A DNA stretch of 64,000 nucleotides, from positions 40,854-104,853 of the IMG/VR virus record IMGVR_UViG_3300046459_000427, one strand, 5' to 3'. Positions within the stretch are counted from its first letter, which is position 1; each line of letters starts with the position of its first letter. The translations under genes and the position numbers were made by a program. Of this stretch, positions 16,457 to 26,266 are shown one piece after another. Under the pieces are notes generated by a model. The model did no database searches, was not told where the DNA came from, and saw only the letters and a list, made by a program, of their open reading frames with translations. This DNA is from a virus.

Positions 16457-18435
16457 TACTTTGCCTCCGACCAGCGGTCCACGATCTTCACGTCGGAAGA
16501 CAGCGGAACCTTGAGCAGTTTCTGAATGTCGTCGCCGAGCATGGCTTCCTTCACCAGAGCGGCGGCTTCCTCGGCGCGGTCCTCCGGAGCGAGCACCACG
16601 AGTTCGTCGTGCACGGAGAGGATCAGCCGGATCTCGTCCGGCAGGATGTTGTTCAGCCGGATCATCGCCAACTTGATCAGGTCGGCAGCCGAGCCCTGGA
16701 TGAGGCTGTTGACTGCCTGGCGCTCGGCACCCATGCGCAGGCCGTTGTTCTGCGACAGGATGAGCGGCAGGCGCCGCTTGCGGCCGAGCAGCGTGCGGAT
16801 GTACGGGGGTCGGCGCGACCGGCAGACCCGGACGACTTCTTCCTTGAAGCGGTAGATCTCGGGGAACAACTTCTGGTGCATCTCCATGAAGCGCTTGGCT
16901 TCCTTGACGGAGATCTTCGCCATCGATGCGACCTTGTCCGGGCCTGCACCGTAGACGACTGCGAAGTTGATTCCCTTGGCGACCTGGCGGAAGTCGATGC
17001 ACTCCCGGTCGCCCGCCTTTACCCGCCGGATGAATTCCTGCGGGTCCACTCCCATAAGAGCGGCAGCGGTGGCCGAGTGAGGGTCGACGCCGTTGTGGAA
17101 GCCCTTGTACAGATCGCCTCGGCCGATGAAGTGCGCGAGCACGACCAGTTCGATCTGTCCGTAGTCCGCGACGACCAGTTTGTATCCGGCCGGTGCCACG
17201 AACAGTCCACGGATTCGCTTGCCGAGTTCCGTGTCCGGGCGCGGGATGTTCTGGAGGTTGGGTTCCCGGCAGGAGAATCGTCCGGTCACCGTTCCGTACT
17301 GGACGAAGTCGGCGTGGATCCGGCCGCCGAATATCCGGCAGGGCTTCTTCGGGTCATCTTCGACCCCGAGGTAGGACACCGGGTAGTCGATCAGCTTGCT
17401 GACTTCGGAGTACTCCAGCAGCTTCTTGACGACGGCGTTGTTCTCGTGCTTTTCCAGGCTGGCGGCGTCGGTGGAGTAGTCCTTCCACTCCAGCTCCTGC
17501 CCGGCCTCGCGCTTCTTCTTGCCGCCGTCGGTCGGCTTGGTGGGGCGCAGGCCCTGGCCGCCGTCCTTCTTGGGTGCGTACAGCACCTCGGCCTTCTGGG
17601 CCGGGGCGTTGAGATTGAACTGCTTGCCCGCAGCGCGGTAGATGTCCGCCTCGATGTCCACCAGGCGCTCGGACATGTCGCGGACCAGCTCGCGCATGGC
17701 CTGCTCGTCGACCGGTGCCCCGGTGATGCCCATGTCGAGCAGTACGCCGAGGACGTCCTCTTCCAGTCGCCGGACGTTGATCAGGTGCTGGTCGTCGATC
17801 CGCTTCTGGAACTTCTTCCAGAGCAGGTAGGTGTACTTCGCGTCCATGTAGGCGTAGTGGCCCACCTTGGAGAAGGGGTGTGCCTCGACGCACTTGCCGA
17901 CGTTCTCAGTGTCGTAGTCGACCTTGTAGTAGCGCTTGACGAGTTCCTTGAGGCCCTTCTGTTTCATGTTCTCGTCGAGGAGCCACTGAAGGACGATGGT
18001 GTCCGAGTACTTCGGGGGTGCGATCTCGCCCCAGTACTTCGCCGTGGAGATGAGGTCGAAGGTCGCGTTGTGCGCGATCTTGATCTTGTCCTCGGCGAAG
18101 AACAGCGGCTTGAGGATGGAGAACACCTCGGAGGGGAGCATCTGCTCCGGCGGGGCGTCGTAGACGGCCGGGATGTTGTCGAACTTCCCGGTGATCTTGT
18201 TCTTCTTCTTCGTGGCCTTGCTCAGCAGGACGTCGCCGTTGGGGTGGCCGAACGGAATGGCGTAGGCCTCACCGTCGGTGGCCAGGCTCATCCAGTTGGC
18301 GACGTTCTGTGTCGGGACTCCTCGGTTGGCGCCGAAGGTCTCGATGTCGAAAGCGAAGGCCGGGCGCTCCATGAAGCGCTCGACCAAAGTATGAAGTCGG
18401 TCGGGGGTGAGGATGACGCTGTTCCGGATGGTCAC
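16456..18435 (-). CDS. polA: Family A DNA polymerase (3'-5' exonuclease + polymerase)
   Basis: FDIET, AHNATFD, YAYMDA exonuclease motifs; TGRFS, NLQNIP, ADYGQIEL, RQVAKGINFAVVYG, VHDEL. Confidence 0.95.
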   Translation of the reverse strand: MTIRNSVILTPDRLHTLVERFMERPAFAFDIETFGANRGVPTQNVANWMSLATDGEAYAIPFGHPNGDVLLSKATKKKNKITGKFDNIPAVYDAPPEQMLPSEVFSILKPLFFAEDKIKIAHNATFDLISTAKYWGEIAPPKYSDTIVLQWLLDENMKQKGLKELVKRYYKVDYDTENVGKCVEAHPFSKVGHYAYMDAKYTYLLWKKFQKRIDDQHLINVRRLEEDVLGVLLDMGITGAPVDEQAMRELVRDMSERLVDIEADIYRAAGKQFNLNAPAQKAEVLYAPKKDGGQGLRPTKPTDGGKKKREAGQELEWKDYSTDAASLEKHENNAVVKKLLEYSEVSKLIDYPVSYLGVEDDPKKPCRIFGGRIHADFVQYGTVTGRFSCREPNLQNIPRPDTELGKRIRGLFVAPAGYKLVVADYGQIELVVLAHFIGRGDLYKGFHNGVDPHSATAAALMGVDPQEFIRRVKAGDRECIDFRQVAKGINFAVVYGAGPDKVASMAKISVKEAKRFMEMHQKLFPEIYRFKEEVVRVCRSRRPPYIRTLLGRKRRLPLILSQNNGLRMGAERQAVNSLIQGSAADLIKLAMIRLNNILPDEIRLILSVHDELVVLAPEDRAEEAAALVKEAMLGDDIQKLLKVPLSSDVKIVDRWSEAK

Positions 18436-18471
18436 GGGCGGTACCTCCAGGTGGTGTGGTGGGGAAGCTGA

Positions 18472-18506
18472 GGGGGAGGTCCCGGCGCGGTGCCAGAACC
18501 TCCCCC
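18472..18506 (-). terminator. Hairpin between the SSB and polA genes
   Basis: GGGGGAGGT...ACCTCCCCC inverted repeat. Confidence 0.5.
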
Positions 18507-18515
18507 GGAGGCTGA

Positions 18516-19325
18516 TCAGTCGTTCAGGATCTCGCGGGCGATCTGCTTGAGTTCGTTGCGCGTGTTCACCTGGAGGACGTCCTCGTCGTACGCCTTGTCG
18601 TCGAACTCCTCCAGGTCCTCCTCGGTCAGGGGCTCGACGTCCCAGTCATCGAGGAGGTCCCGCTCCTTCACGGGGGTGATGTAGTAGGTCGTCTTGTTGT
18701 TCTTGGACTGCTTGGAGACGGAGAAGTACAGGTCGTCCCGGTTGATCGGCGCCGTCTTCTTGTCCTTGGAGTAGTTCTTGAGGATGTCCGCGACCATCGG
18801 GCCGAACTGCCAGATCTTGACCTGCGGGTCCTCGGGGTCGGTGAAGTCGACGACGTTGAAGCAGACCTGCTGGGAGGGCTTGTCGCCTGCGTCGTCGCAC
18901 AGGGGGCAGCGGGACTCCAGGCACGTCCAGGACCGCTTGCCCTTGCGCTCGATCCAGTGCTGGAGGAAGACCAGGAACGGCTCCTCGTCGAGGATCTTCA
19001 CGACCACGGCCTCGCCGGTCACCTTGAAGTTCTCGGGGAAGCCGGACGTGGCGCTCTTGGTCTTCTCGTACGAGCCCCATCCCTTGCCGCCGACCTTCGG
19101 GGTGGGCTCGTCGTCCTCGTCGTCCTCCTGGGAGCGACGCGAGCGACGGGAGGAGGTGTCGGCCTCCTCGGTATGAAGCGACTGGCGGCGCGAGCCACGG
19201 CGGGAGCCCCGGGCCGGACGCTCGTCCTCGTCGTCCTCCGGGAGGTTGTTGTCCTCCGGCTCGTCGGCGGGGGTGTAGGCCTCGGTGGACGCGGCGGTGC
19301 GGCGGCGGGTGAGGGTGCGGGGCAT
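18516..19325 (-). CDS. Probable single-stranded DNA-binding protein (T4 gp32-like)
   Basis: Disordered N-terminus then QHW...CLESRCPLC...FNVVD...KIWQFG...TTYYI; next to polA; start ATG 19325 with AGGAG. Confidence 0.65.
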   Translation of the reverse strand: MPRTLTRRRTAASTEAYTPADEPEDNNLPEDDEDERPARGSRRGSRRQSLHTEEADTSSRRSRRSQEDDEDDEPTPKVGGKGWGSYEKTKSATSGFPENFKVTGEAVVVKILDEEPFLVFLQHWIERKGKRSWTCLESRCPLCDDAGDKPSQQVCFNVVDFTDPEDPQVKIWQFGPMVADILKNYSKDKKTAPINRDDLYFSVSKQSKNNKTTYYITPVKERDLLDDWDVEPLTEEDLEEFDDKAYDEDVLQVNTRNELKQIAREILND

Positions 19326-19564
19326 CAGGTGTTCTCCTGCTGGTAGAGGTGTACGTACGACTTGTTCTCGGCGGTGTTCAGCCGGGCCTCTTCGATGTCG
19401 GCCGCCAGTGAGGTGACCAGGTACTCGGAGGCGATCGTGTCCAGGTCCCCGAGCGTCTTGGCTGCGGGGAACTCCTCGGAGTCGACGGTGATCTCGGCAC
19501 CGAATTCGACCCACTCGAAGTTGCCCATGGACACGTGGTGCTTGGCACTGCGGGTGATCTTCAC
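19325..19564 (-). CDS. Hypothetical protein
   Basis: 79 aa, overlapping stop/start coupling. Confidence 0.75.
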   Translation of the reverse strand: MKITRSAKHHVSMGNFEWVEFGAEITVDSEEFPAAKTLGDLDTIASEYLVTSLAADIEEARLNTAENKSYVHLYQQENT

Positions 19565-20022
19565 TGCTCGGCCAGCCGCTTGAAGAGGTCGATGACGCGG
19601 AGGGTGAAGTTGGTGCCCTTGATCGGCTTCTGGTGGGAGACCAGGACGCCTTCCTCGTACGCGATGCGGACGATGCCCTCGACCTGCTCACGGGTGTAGA
19701 GGCGGCGTCGCCCGCGTACGTCGTCGTCCCGGCCGGGCGACTGGAAGGTGGACTTGGGGATAATCCCCTCGCGCTCCCACTTGCGGATGGTGACCGGCTG
19801 GCGGCCCAGGGCGCGGCCGAGCTGGCCGACGGTGAAGAACTCGGTCTCGACGCCGCCCACGTTGTACTTGCGGGGCTTGGCGTCCCAGTCGGCCGCCGAG
19901 GTGGCGGCCTGGGTATGAAGCCCGTTGCGGTTCTGGTGGCGGACGATCGGCTTGGTGGATCCGGGGTAGAACTGCTCCCCGATCTCGGCGAAGTCCTGCT
20001 CGATGCTGGCGAGGGTGCTCAT
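19561..20022 (-). CDS. MerR-like helix-turn-helix DNA-binding protein
   Basis: FTVGQLGRALGRQPVTIRKWEREGIIP...RRLYTREQV. Confidence 0.85.
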   Translation of the reverse strand: MSTLASIEQDFAEIGEQFYPGSTKPIVRHQNRNGLHTQAATSAADWDAKPRKYNVGGVETEFFTVGQLGRALGRQPVTIRKWEREGIIPKSTFQSPGRDDDVRGRRRLYTREQVEGIVRIAYEEGVLVSHQKPIKGTNFTLRVIDLFKRLAEQ

Positions 20023-20034
20023 GTGGTGGTTCTC

Positions 20035-20511
20035 CTAGCCCTGGAGCGGCTTGAACGCGTACGAGATGTTCTCGGTGAACAGGGCGTCGAGTTCCTCATC
20101 CGAGATGAGGCCCTCCTGGTTGAGGACGTACAACTCGTCCTGGTCCAGGACCGTGGTGGTGACTTCCTTGTAGACGCGGTCGCGGATGCCCTTCTCGTTG
20201 ACCAGGGTCTCGACGGCGTCCTCATCCAGGCCGACGGAGGTGCGCTTCTCGCGCTTGACCTCGGTGAAGCGCTGGCCGTTGACCTCGATGGGGGCCGGGA
20301 GTTTCCAGAACTTGGAGCCCTTCTCGTCGGTCTCCCCGGTGGCGTCCACGTAGGCGCTGATCTCGTCGCGCAGGTGGTTCTTGCGGGTGACTACCTGGGT
20401 CTCCTGGAACTTCAGGATCAGGAACTGTCGGACCTTCTCGATGGGGTTCTCGGGGTCGAGGTTGATGGGCTTCTCGACCCGGCGGGTGGTGCGTCTCTGG
20501 ACGGTAGCCAT
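20035..20511 (-). CDS. Hypothetical phage protein
   Basis: 158 aa, first gene after a promoter. Confidence 0.75.
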   Translation of the reverse strand: MATVQRRTTRRVEKPINLDPENPIEKVRQFLILKFQETQVVTRKNHLRDEISAYVDATGETDEKGSKFWKLPAPIEVNGQRFTEVKREKRTSVGLDEDAVETLVNEKGIRDRVYKEVTTTVLDQDELYVLNQEGLISDEELDALFTENISYAFKPLQG

Positions 20512-20559
20512 AGAGCGTGGGCTCTCTTTCTTCCGGAGTAGTTGGTCGATCGAGTAGTG

Positions 20560-20588
20560 ACTCTACACTACCGATTCGAAGTTGTCGA
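20560..20588 (-). promoter_or_regulatory. Putative sigma70/HrdB-type promoter
   Basis: Minus strand TCGACA-N17-TAGAGT upstream of 20511. Confidence 0.55.
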
Positions 20589-20595
20589 TTCTTGA

Positions 20596-20949
20596 TTACG
20601 CCTTCTTGAAGGCATCCCGGAACGCCTGGCGGGCAGCGTAGCGGCGGGCCGCTTCGTCCTTCTGGTCACGGCGGAGGACCGTCTCGGCCACGTCCTGGTA
20701 GACGGTGACGACGCGCTTCTCTTCCGGGTCGACGACGGCCACGAGGTCCCCCCGGATGTGCCGAACCTGTCCAGGAACGCGGCCCGAGGGGTAGGTATGA
20801 AGCGGCTCGTTTGCCGCGAGGAGAACGTCCGCGCTGCTCCAGCCCTTGGCGGCGGCCTGCTGCTGCGCGTGGTGGGTCAGCCGGTAGGTCGGTGCGTCAG
20901 TGACGGCTGCGGACCAGGTGATGCCAAGGGTCTCTGCGATGGTGGCCAT
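20596..20949 (-). CDS. DUF4258-like (RelE/BrnT-fold-like) small protein
   Basis: YRLTHHAQQQAAAKGWSSADV...VAVVDPEEKRVVTVY pattern. Confidence 0.6.
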   Translation of the reverse strand: MATIAETLGITWSAAVTDAPTYRLTHHAQQQAAAKGWSSADVLLAANEPLHTYPSGRVPGQVRHIRGDLVAVVDPEEKRVVTVYQDVAETVLRRDQKDEAARRYAARQAFRDAFKKA

Positions 20950-20994
20950 CTCGGTCTCCTCTGTTCGATGTCTTGTTCGAACCTTGTGAGGAAG

Positions 20995-21023
20995 ACACTA
21001 CGTAGCCTCCTGGCATATGTCAA
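20995..21023 (-). promoter_or_regulatory. Putative sigma70/HrdB-type promoter
   Basis: Minus strand TTGACA-N17-TAGTGT upstream of 20949. Confidence 0.65.
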
Positions 21024-21050
21024 CGACTTTGCGTCATCCGATTGACAAGT

Positions 21051-21185
21051 TCACCAGCGGTCGGCGACGGCACCACGACGAGCGAGCCGGACGGGGGTCA
21101 GATCCCAGTCGTCCTGCTCCTCGGGAGGGCGTATGACGTCCTCCAGCCCCTCACGGAGCAGGACGTCGAGCGGTTCTTCTCGCAT
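21051..21185 (-). CDS. Small hypothetical protein (44 aa)
   Basis: Own translation MREEPLDVLLREGLEDVIRPPEEQDDWDLTPVRLARRGAVADRW. Confidence 0.4.
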   Translation of the reverse strand: MREEPLDVLLREGLEDVIRPPEEQDDWDLTPVRLARRGAVADRW

Positions 21186-21250
21186 AGCTTGATATTGCCA
21201 TGGAGTTACGGCTTTAGAACCACTCGACGTCCCTCATGAGATCCTGGAAG

Positions 21251-22894
21251 TTACGCCGCTTCCAGGCACTGCGTCAGCGTCACCAGGTCGTTCTCGATGC
21301 GCCCCTTGCCATCCGCACCACGGCCGTCGGTGATGGCCGAACCCACCCGCCTCTTGTGCGCGAGCATGGCGTACTTCCTGGGCTCGGTGGTGCCCTGCGT
21401 GATCGCGTTCAGCACGTAGATGTTCTTGAACCCGCTGCTCGCCCGGTTGTGCCTGGCGTTGATCTGGTCCTGTTTGCCGGACGACCAGGCGAGGTCGTAG
21501 TTGATCAGGTAGTTCGCCATCCACAGGTCCGTCCCGAAGGCTCCGGCGTGGCTGGACAGGAACACCCGGCAGCCCTCCTCCGTCTCGAACCGGCTCGCCG
21601 CGTAGGCCTTCGCTCCGGCGCTCATCCGGCCCGTGTACGTGACGGCCACACCCTCCGGCAGACGCTCGGCGATCAGGTCGAGCATGTCCGGGTTGACCGA
21701 GAAGACGATCACCTTGTTCTTCGGCGTGGCCAGGATGTCCGTCACTGTCTCCACGACCGCGTCCAGTTTAGGGGTAGAGGTGACCTCGTCGAGCACGCCG
21801 TCCTGCCACACCTCGTAGGCGTACTTCGAGCCGGGCCAGGTCTTCTTCTCGGCCCCTCCCTGCCTCGCCGTCTCGCTCTCCTCATACCGCTGCCCGGACA
21901 TCACAATGAGGTCCGGGTGGTTCAGCAGCATGTCGAGCGCCTGCATGCGGGACATGATCTTGCCCTGCTGGCTGTTCTCGTTCGGGGTGTCCCCTCCGTG
22001 GTAGTGGGCGAACAAGTCGAAGTCCGTCGTGTTGGGTCCGAGCGCGTGCAGCTCGGCCAGCAGGTCGGCGGAGATCCGCTTGTAGGCCTTCTTCGTCTTG
22101 GCGTCCAGCGTCACCGGGATGGCGCTCTCCTGGACCTGCGGCAGGTACGGCTTGACGTCCTCGTCCATGCGGGTCTTACGCACCATGGCGTCGGCCAGTT
22201 TCGCGTGCAGGACAGGCAGGTTCTTGTAGTGCTGCACTCCCCCGAACTTGTTGCGGACGATGTAGGTCTTGTCGTACAGGTCGAACCGGCCCAGCACCGT
22301 CTCGTCGACCCACTGCATGATGCTGAACAACTCCTCCGGCCGCCCGTTCTCCACCGGGGTGCCGGTCAGCGCGTACCGGTACGGCGCGGTCAGCCTCTTG
22401 ATCTTCCGGGTGCGCTGCGCCTTGAACGTCTTGATCGCGGTCGCCTCGTCCAGGACGATGCACTCCGGCTTGATCCGGCGGACGTAGTTCCAGTCATTGA
22501 CGACGTTCTCGTAGCCCATGATCACGAAGTCCGGCCGGTACGTCTTCACCTTGACGTACTGACCGGCCCGCTTCTTGGTGTCGCCGTCGATGAGGATGCA
22601 GTAGTCCTCCGTCGGCACGGTGATCTCCTGGGTCTGGCCGTCCTCGCGCACCTTGATGACCCGGGTGGGCACGTCGGTGAGTTTGGCGATCTGCTTGGCC
22701 CACTGGTACTTCAGCGAGGCCGGGACCACGATGACGGCGGTCTCGACCTCGCCCTCGGCCAGCAGCTCCTCGATGGCGGCCAGGGCGATGGGTGTCTTGC
22801 CCAGGCCCATCTCGTAGGCGATGAGGAGCGACCCGCGCTCGACGGCGCGGGCCACAGCATCCTCTTGGTACGGGTGCAGGTCGATGTTCAGCAC
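21251..22894 (-). CDS. SNF2-family (DEAD/H-like) helicase
   Basis: LHPYQ, EMGLGKT, VLDEAT, LTGTPVEN, HelicC region (AGAFGTDL, QINARHNR); start GTG 22894. Confidence 0.9.
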   Translation of the reverse strand: MLNIDLHPYQEDAVARAVERGSLLIAYEMGLGKTPIALAAIEELLAEGEVETAVIVVPASLKYQWAKQIAKLTDVPTRVIKVREDGQTQEITVPTEDYCILIDGDTKKRAGQYVKVKTYRPDFVIMGYENVVNDWNYVRRIKPECIVLDEATAIKTFKAQRTRKIKRLTAPYRYALTGTPVENGRPEELFSIMQWVDETVLGRFDLYDKTYIVRNKFGGVQHYKNLPVLHAKLADAMVRKTRMDEDVKPYLPQVQESAIPVTLDAKTKKAYKRISADLLAELHALGPNTTDFDLFAHYHGGDTPNENSQQGKIMSRMQALDMLLNHPDLIVMSGQRYEESETARQGGAEKKTWPGSKYAYEVWQDGVLDEVTSTPKLDAVVETVTDILATPKNKVIVFSVNPDMLDLIAERLPEGVAVTYTGRMSAGAKAYAASRFETEEGCRVFLSSHAGAFGTDLWMANYLINYDLAWSSGKQDQINARHNRASSGFKNIYVLNAITQGTTEPRKYAMLAHKRRVGSAITDGRGADGKGRIENDLVTLTQCLEAA

Positions 22895-23181
22895 TGGCTG
22901 TACTGCCGGTCGAACTGGCCCCGGGTGCGCGGGCGCCTCGCGAAGGGGACGCCCGGGGTGTAGTGACCCTCCTGGATGTGGTCCGGGTTGGCGCACATCC
23001 GGCGGGTGCACGCGCGGTGCTTCTGCCCGGCCCCTCCGGTGATGAACGACAGCAGGCTCTGGCCCCGGTAGGTGGGCCGTGTCGCGGTCGACTGGAAGAT
23101 CAGGCAGGTGGAGTCCGGGTCGGCCTCGACGCGGTCCCAGAAGGCCTGTCCCAGGTGCTCGTAGCCGTCAGGCGCCAGCAT
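22888..23181 (-). CDS. Small HNH-like protein
   Basis: FWDRV...CLIF...HRACTRRMCANPDHI resembles HNH_3 endonucleases, degenerate. Confidence 0.55.
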   Translation of the reverse strand: MLAPDGYEHLGQAFWDRVEADPDSTCLIFQSTATRPTYRGQSLLSFITGGAGQKHRACTRRMCANPDHIQEGHYTPGVPFARRPRTRGQFDRQYSQC

Positions 23182-23365
23182 TCGCGGCCTCCTGGTGCGT
23201 CATGTGGAAGCCGTGGCACTTGGGGCACTCGTAGACGCGCACCGGCAGGAACTCCCGGGTGCTGTCCTTCTTGCGCTGGATCCGCTGCATGTCAAGCAGC
23301 GCGGAGACGCGGTCGGGGAAGCGGCGCTTGCCGCAGGTATGAAGTCGTCGCTTGTTGTAGGGCAT
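23168..23365 (-). CDS. Small Zn-binding hypothetical protein
   Basis: CGKRRF...RVYECPKCHGFHMT, a common actinophage family. Confidence 0.75.
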   Translation of the reverse strand: MPYNKRRLHTCGKRRFPDRVSALLDMQRIQRKKDSTREFLPVRVYECPKCHGFHMTHQEAANAGA

Positions 23366-23375
23366 GACGGGCTCC

Positions 23376-24332
23376 TTAGAACCGTGCGAGCACGGATGAG
23401 TAGGCGTTGTCGACGGCGTAGGTGATCTCGCTGTCGGTCATGTCTCCGGGGTCCTTGGCGGACGTCTTGGAGTAGTCGAGGAAGCGCAGGGTCAGGCCTC
23501 GGCCGGTCCACTCCTTGCGCAGCCGGGCGCAGGCCTCGGTCCCGGCCTTGTCGTTGTCAAGGGCGATGACGACGGTGTCGAAGTGGTCGCGGATCAGGGA
23601 CATCTGGGCGTCGGAGACTCCGGCGCCGAAGGAGGCCAGCCCGGCCTTGTATCCCGCCGCGTGCAGCCGGGCCACGTCGAGAGGCGACTCGACCAGGATG
23701 GCGAGGTCGTCCTCGTAGGTATGAAGCCCGAAGAGGGTCTTCGACTTCGTCATGGAGTTGGGCCGGTTGCGGAAGTAGCGGGAGTTCTTCTCCTGCCAGC
23801 CCCAGAGCATGCCCGTCTCCGGGCAGCGGACCGGGACGATCCACATCTCGCGCTTGGCGTCCCACAGGACCTCGCAGGCGTCCGCGCTGGCGGGCCAGAA
23901 CTTCCGCTCTACGCACTCCTCGTAGGGCGGGGAGACGAACAGGGCCAGGGAGGCCTCATTGATGTGCTTGGTCGTGTCGACCTGGCTGGGCTGCTTCTTC
24001 GCCAGGAACCGCTTCACCCGCTCGATGCCGCCACGGGAGCGGACCCAGGCGACTGCGTCGGCGTGCGGGATGTCCAGGACGTCGCGGACGAGGACGACGA
24101 ACGGTCCTCGGTATCCGCAGGAGAAGCAGTTGAAATATCCTTCGTCGGATCGAATAGAAAATGATGGGTGCTTGTCTTTCTTTCCGGTGCGCGCCTCATG
24201 CATGGGGCACGGCATGTGAATCTCGTACTCCTGGACCTTGTAGTCCAGGCCGATCTCGTCCAGGCAGGCGATTACGTTGCCGGGAATGGGGGTGCCTACG
24301 GCATCCCATCCCTTGGCCTTCGCTCGAACCAT
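23376..24332 (-). CDS. dnaG: DNA primase (CHC2 zinc finger + TOPRIM)
   Basis: CPMH...PSFS...FNCFSCG; LVESPLD; ALDNDKAG; KDPGD. Confidence 0.9.
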   Translation of the reverse strand: MVRAKAKGWDAVGTPIPGNVIACLDEIGLDYKVQEYEIHMPCPMHEARTGKKDKHPSFSIRSDEGYFNCFSCGYRGPFVVLVRDVLDIPHADAVAWVRSRGGIERVKRFLAKKQPSQVDTTKHINEASLALFVSPPYEECVERKFWPASADACEVLWDAKREMWIVPVRCPETGMLWGWQEKNSRYFRNRPNSMTKSKTLFGLHTYEDDLAILVESPLDVARLHAAGYKAGLASFGAGVSDAQMSLIRDHFDTVVIALDNDKAGTEACARLRKEWTGRGLTLRFLDYSKTSAKDPGDMTDSEITYAVDNAYSSVLARF

Positions 24333-24337
24333 TACTG

Positions 24338-24580
24338 CTACCTCATTCCCAGTCGGGCACGCATTGCCCAGTAGATATCCTGCGAATCCCGGCGATCCCA
24401 GAAGGTGCCATAGATGGTGTAGTCGAAGCCGTGCATTCCCCGGAGTTTGTACGCCTGTTCCACGTACGTGAGATTCCAGTCACGGGGATTTCGGTCGTTC
24501 TCGCGGCACCAGAAGAGGAATTCCCGGTAGTTCCCGGCGAGGACCACCAGCCGGGGCTCAGAAGGCGCCGACGTATCCAT
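24338..24580 (-). CDS. Hypothetical protein
   Basis: 80 aa between dnaB and primase. Confidence 0.6.
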   Translation of the reverse strand: MDTSAPSEPRLVVLAGNYREFLFWCRENDRNPRDWNLTYVEQAYKLRGMHGFDYTIYGTFWDRRDSQDIYWAMRARLGMR

Positions 24581-25823
24581 CGGTGTTCTCCTCGTCCATG
24601 GCGAACGGGTCCTCGTTCAGTTCCTCGAACTTGCCGGTCTCCCAGTCCCACTGGCAGTAGGTCTCCAGGGGCGGGCAGTTTCGGGCCAGGACGACCTTGA
24701 TCTTGTTGATGTTCGCGTCCTCGGTGGACTCGACACCGAGGATCACGTCGGAGTCCTGGGCGAAGGAGGACGAATACCCGATGGAGTCGGATGTGATGCC
24801 CTTCTTCTTGTTCATCTTCCATTCCAGGACCTGCGTGGAAATGACGATCGGGAGTTGCAGGTTCTTCGCCATGCGCTTGAATCCCCGGGTGAGGTTAGTG
24901 AGCGCCTGACTGGATCCCTGAGCCTCGCCGAGTTCGTCCTGCATCATGTAGATGCCGTCCACGAATACGATCGTCGGCCGGATGTTGTCGATCTTCGACT
25001 GGACACCGGTAAGTGTCGTCGCACTCATGGAGTCCGAGGAAAGGAAGAACGAGGGCATGGCCTCGATTTCCCGAAGAGCCCTTTCGAGTTTGTCCCACTC
25101 GGCTTTCTTTAGCGTGCCGTTCCGCAGCCGGGCGTGAGAAATCCCCGCGCGGATGGCGTCGAAGCGCTCCTCCTGCTCCTCGTTGCTCATCTCGAAGCCG
25201 ATGAACAGCGGGCGCTCGCCGTGCAGGTGCGCAGCCATGGCGGCCAGCAGCAGCAGGGTCGACTTACCGGCCTTCGGCGGGCCGACGAAGGTGACCAACT
25301 GTTCCTTCTGGAGGCCCTGGGTGGCCCTGTCGATCGTGTTGAAGCCGGTGGGGATGCCCCGGAGCCCGTCGGGCAGGTCCTTGAGCGTGAGGTAGCGCGC
25401 AAGGCGTGCCTGGCCGGTCTCGGTCAGGTCGGTGTCGCGGGCGTTGGGTACTGCCGAGGCGATGGAGGCCAGCGTGCGCGCGAGCGCTTCCATGGCGCCG
25501 TTGGCGTTGCCCTCTTCGTGTGCGTCGACCGAGTCGGCCAGGCCCTGCTCCAGCAGGGCCAAAGTATGAAGTTCCCGCAGCCGGTCAGTCAGCACGTTCA
25601 TGCTGTCCTCGACCTTGACGAACCGGTAGGTCGGGAAGTCCGTCTTGATCGTGGCCAGGGACGGGACCTCGCCGTAGGTGCCCTTGTGCCGCAGGATCGC
25701 CTTGAAGACGGCCTTGTTGTCGGGGTCGCCGAAGAAGTCGGGGGTGATGCCCGCGTCCGCTACGTCGGCCAGGTCCTTGTCCTGGATGACGCGGGAGACG
25801 AGCAACCGCTCGAAGTCCGCCAC
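24558..25823 (-). CDS. dnaB: Replicative DNA helicase (DnaB-like)
   Basis: GIPTGF, GPPKAGKS, FEMS, FVDGIYMM, ISTQ, QDSDV; start GTG 25823. Confidence 0.92.
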   Translation of the reverse strand: MADFERLLVSRVIQDKDLADVADAGITPDFFGDPDNKAVFKAILRHKGTYGEVPSLATIKTDFPTYRFVKVEDSMNVLTDRLRELHTLALLEQGLADSVDAHEEGNANGAMEALARTLASIASAVPNARDTDLTETGQARLARYLTLKDLPDGLRGIPTGFNTIDRATQGLQKEQLVTFVGPPKAGKSTLLLLAAMAAHLHGERPLFIGFEMSNEEQEERFDAIRAGISHARLRNGTLKKAEWDKLERALREIEAMPSFFLSSDSMSATTLTGVQSKIDNIRPTIVFVDGIYMMQDELGEAQGSSQALTNLTRGFKRMAKNLQLPIVISTQVLEWKMNKKKGITSDSIGYSSSFAQDSDVILGVESTEDANINKIKVVLARNCPPLETYCQWDWETGKFEELNEDPFAMDEENTDGYVGAF

Positions 25824-26266
25824 TACATTGCTCCGATCAGGGTGGTGGGTACGGCCGGGAGCATGCGTCCCTTGCTGCCGTAGATCAGGTGGTTTTCGTT
25901 GTCGAAGATCGCGGCGACGTCCGGCATGTGCGCCAGGCGGCGGGCCAGCTTCTTCGGTTCGTCGGCCCAGATGCGGCCGATGGGCAGGCCCTCGATGTCC
26001 AGGCGCCATTCCAGGGCCTCGGCGAACTCGTCGCCCAGGTAGGTGATGACGTCGACCGAGTACCGGTGGCGCCAGACCGTGTCCCAGATGACGTGGGCCA
26101 GCGGCTCGTTGATCTCGTAGGCCTTCACCGCGCGCTTCCACTGGTGTGCCCGCCGCGCCACGGCTTCGCCAGCTCGGGTGCGGGAGGTGGGCAGGTTGCC
26201 CAGGAGGCCTTCGAAGACGACGACCAGGCGCGGGGAGACCTCGTTGCTTATGTCCCCGCCCTGCAT
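25823..26266 (-). CDS. Hypothetical protein (possibly degenerate HAD-like fold)
   Basis: 147 aa, coupled to dnaB. Confidence 0.7.
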   Translation of the reverse strand: MQGGDISNEVSPRLVVVFEGLLGNLPTSRTRAGEAVARRAHQWKRAVKAYEINEPLAHVIWDTVWRHRYSVDVITYLGDEFAEALEWRLDIEGLPIGRIWADEPKKLARRLAHMPDVAAIFDNENHLIYGSKGRMLPAVPTTLIGAM

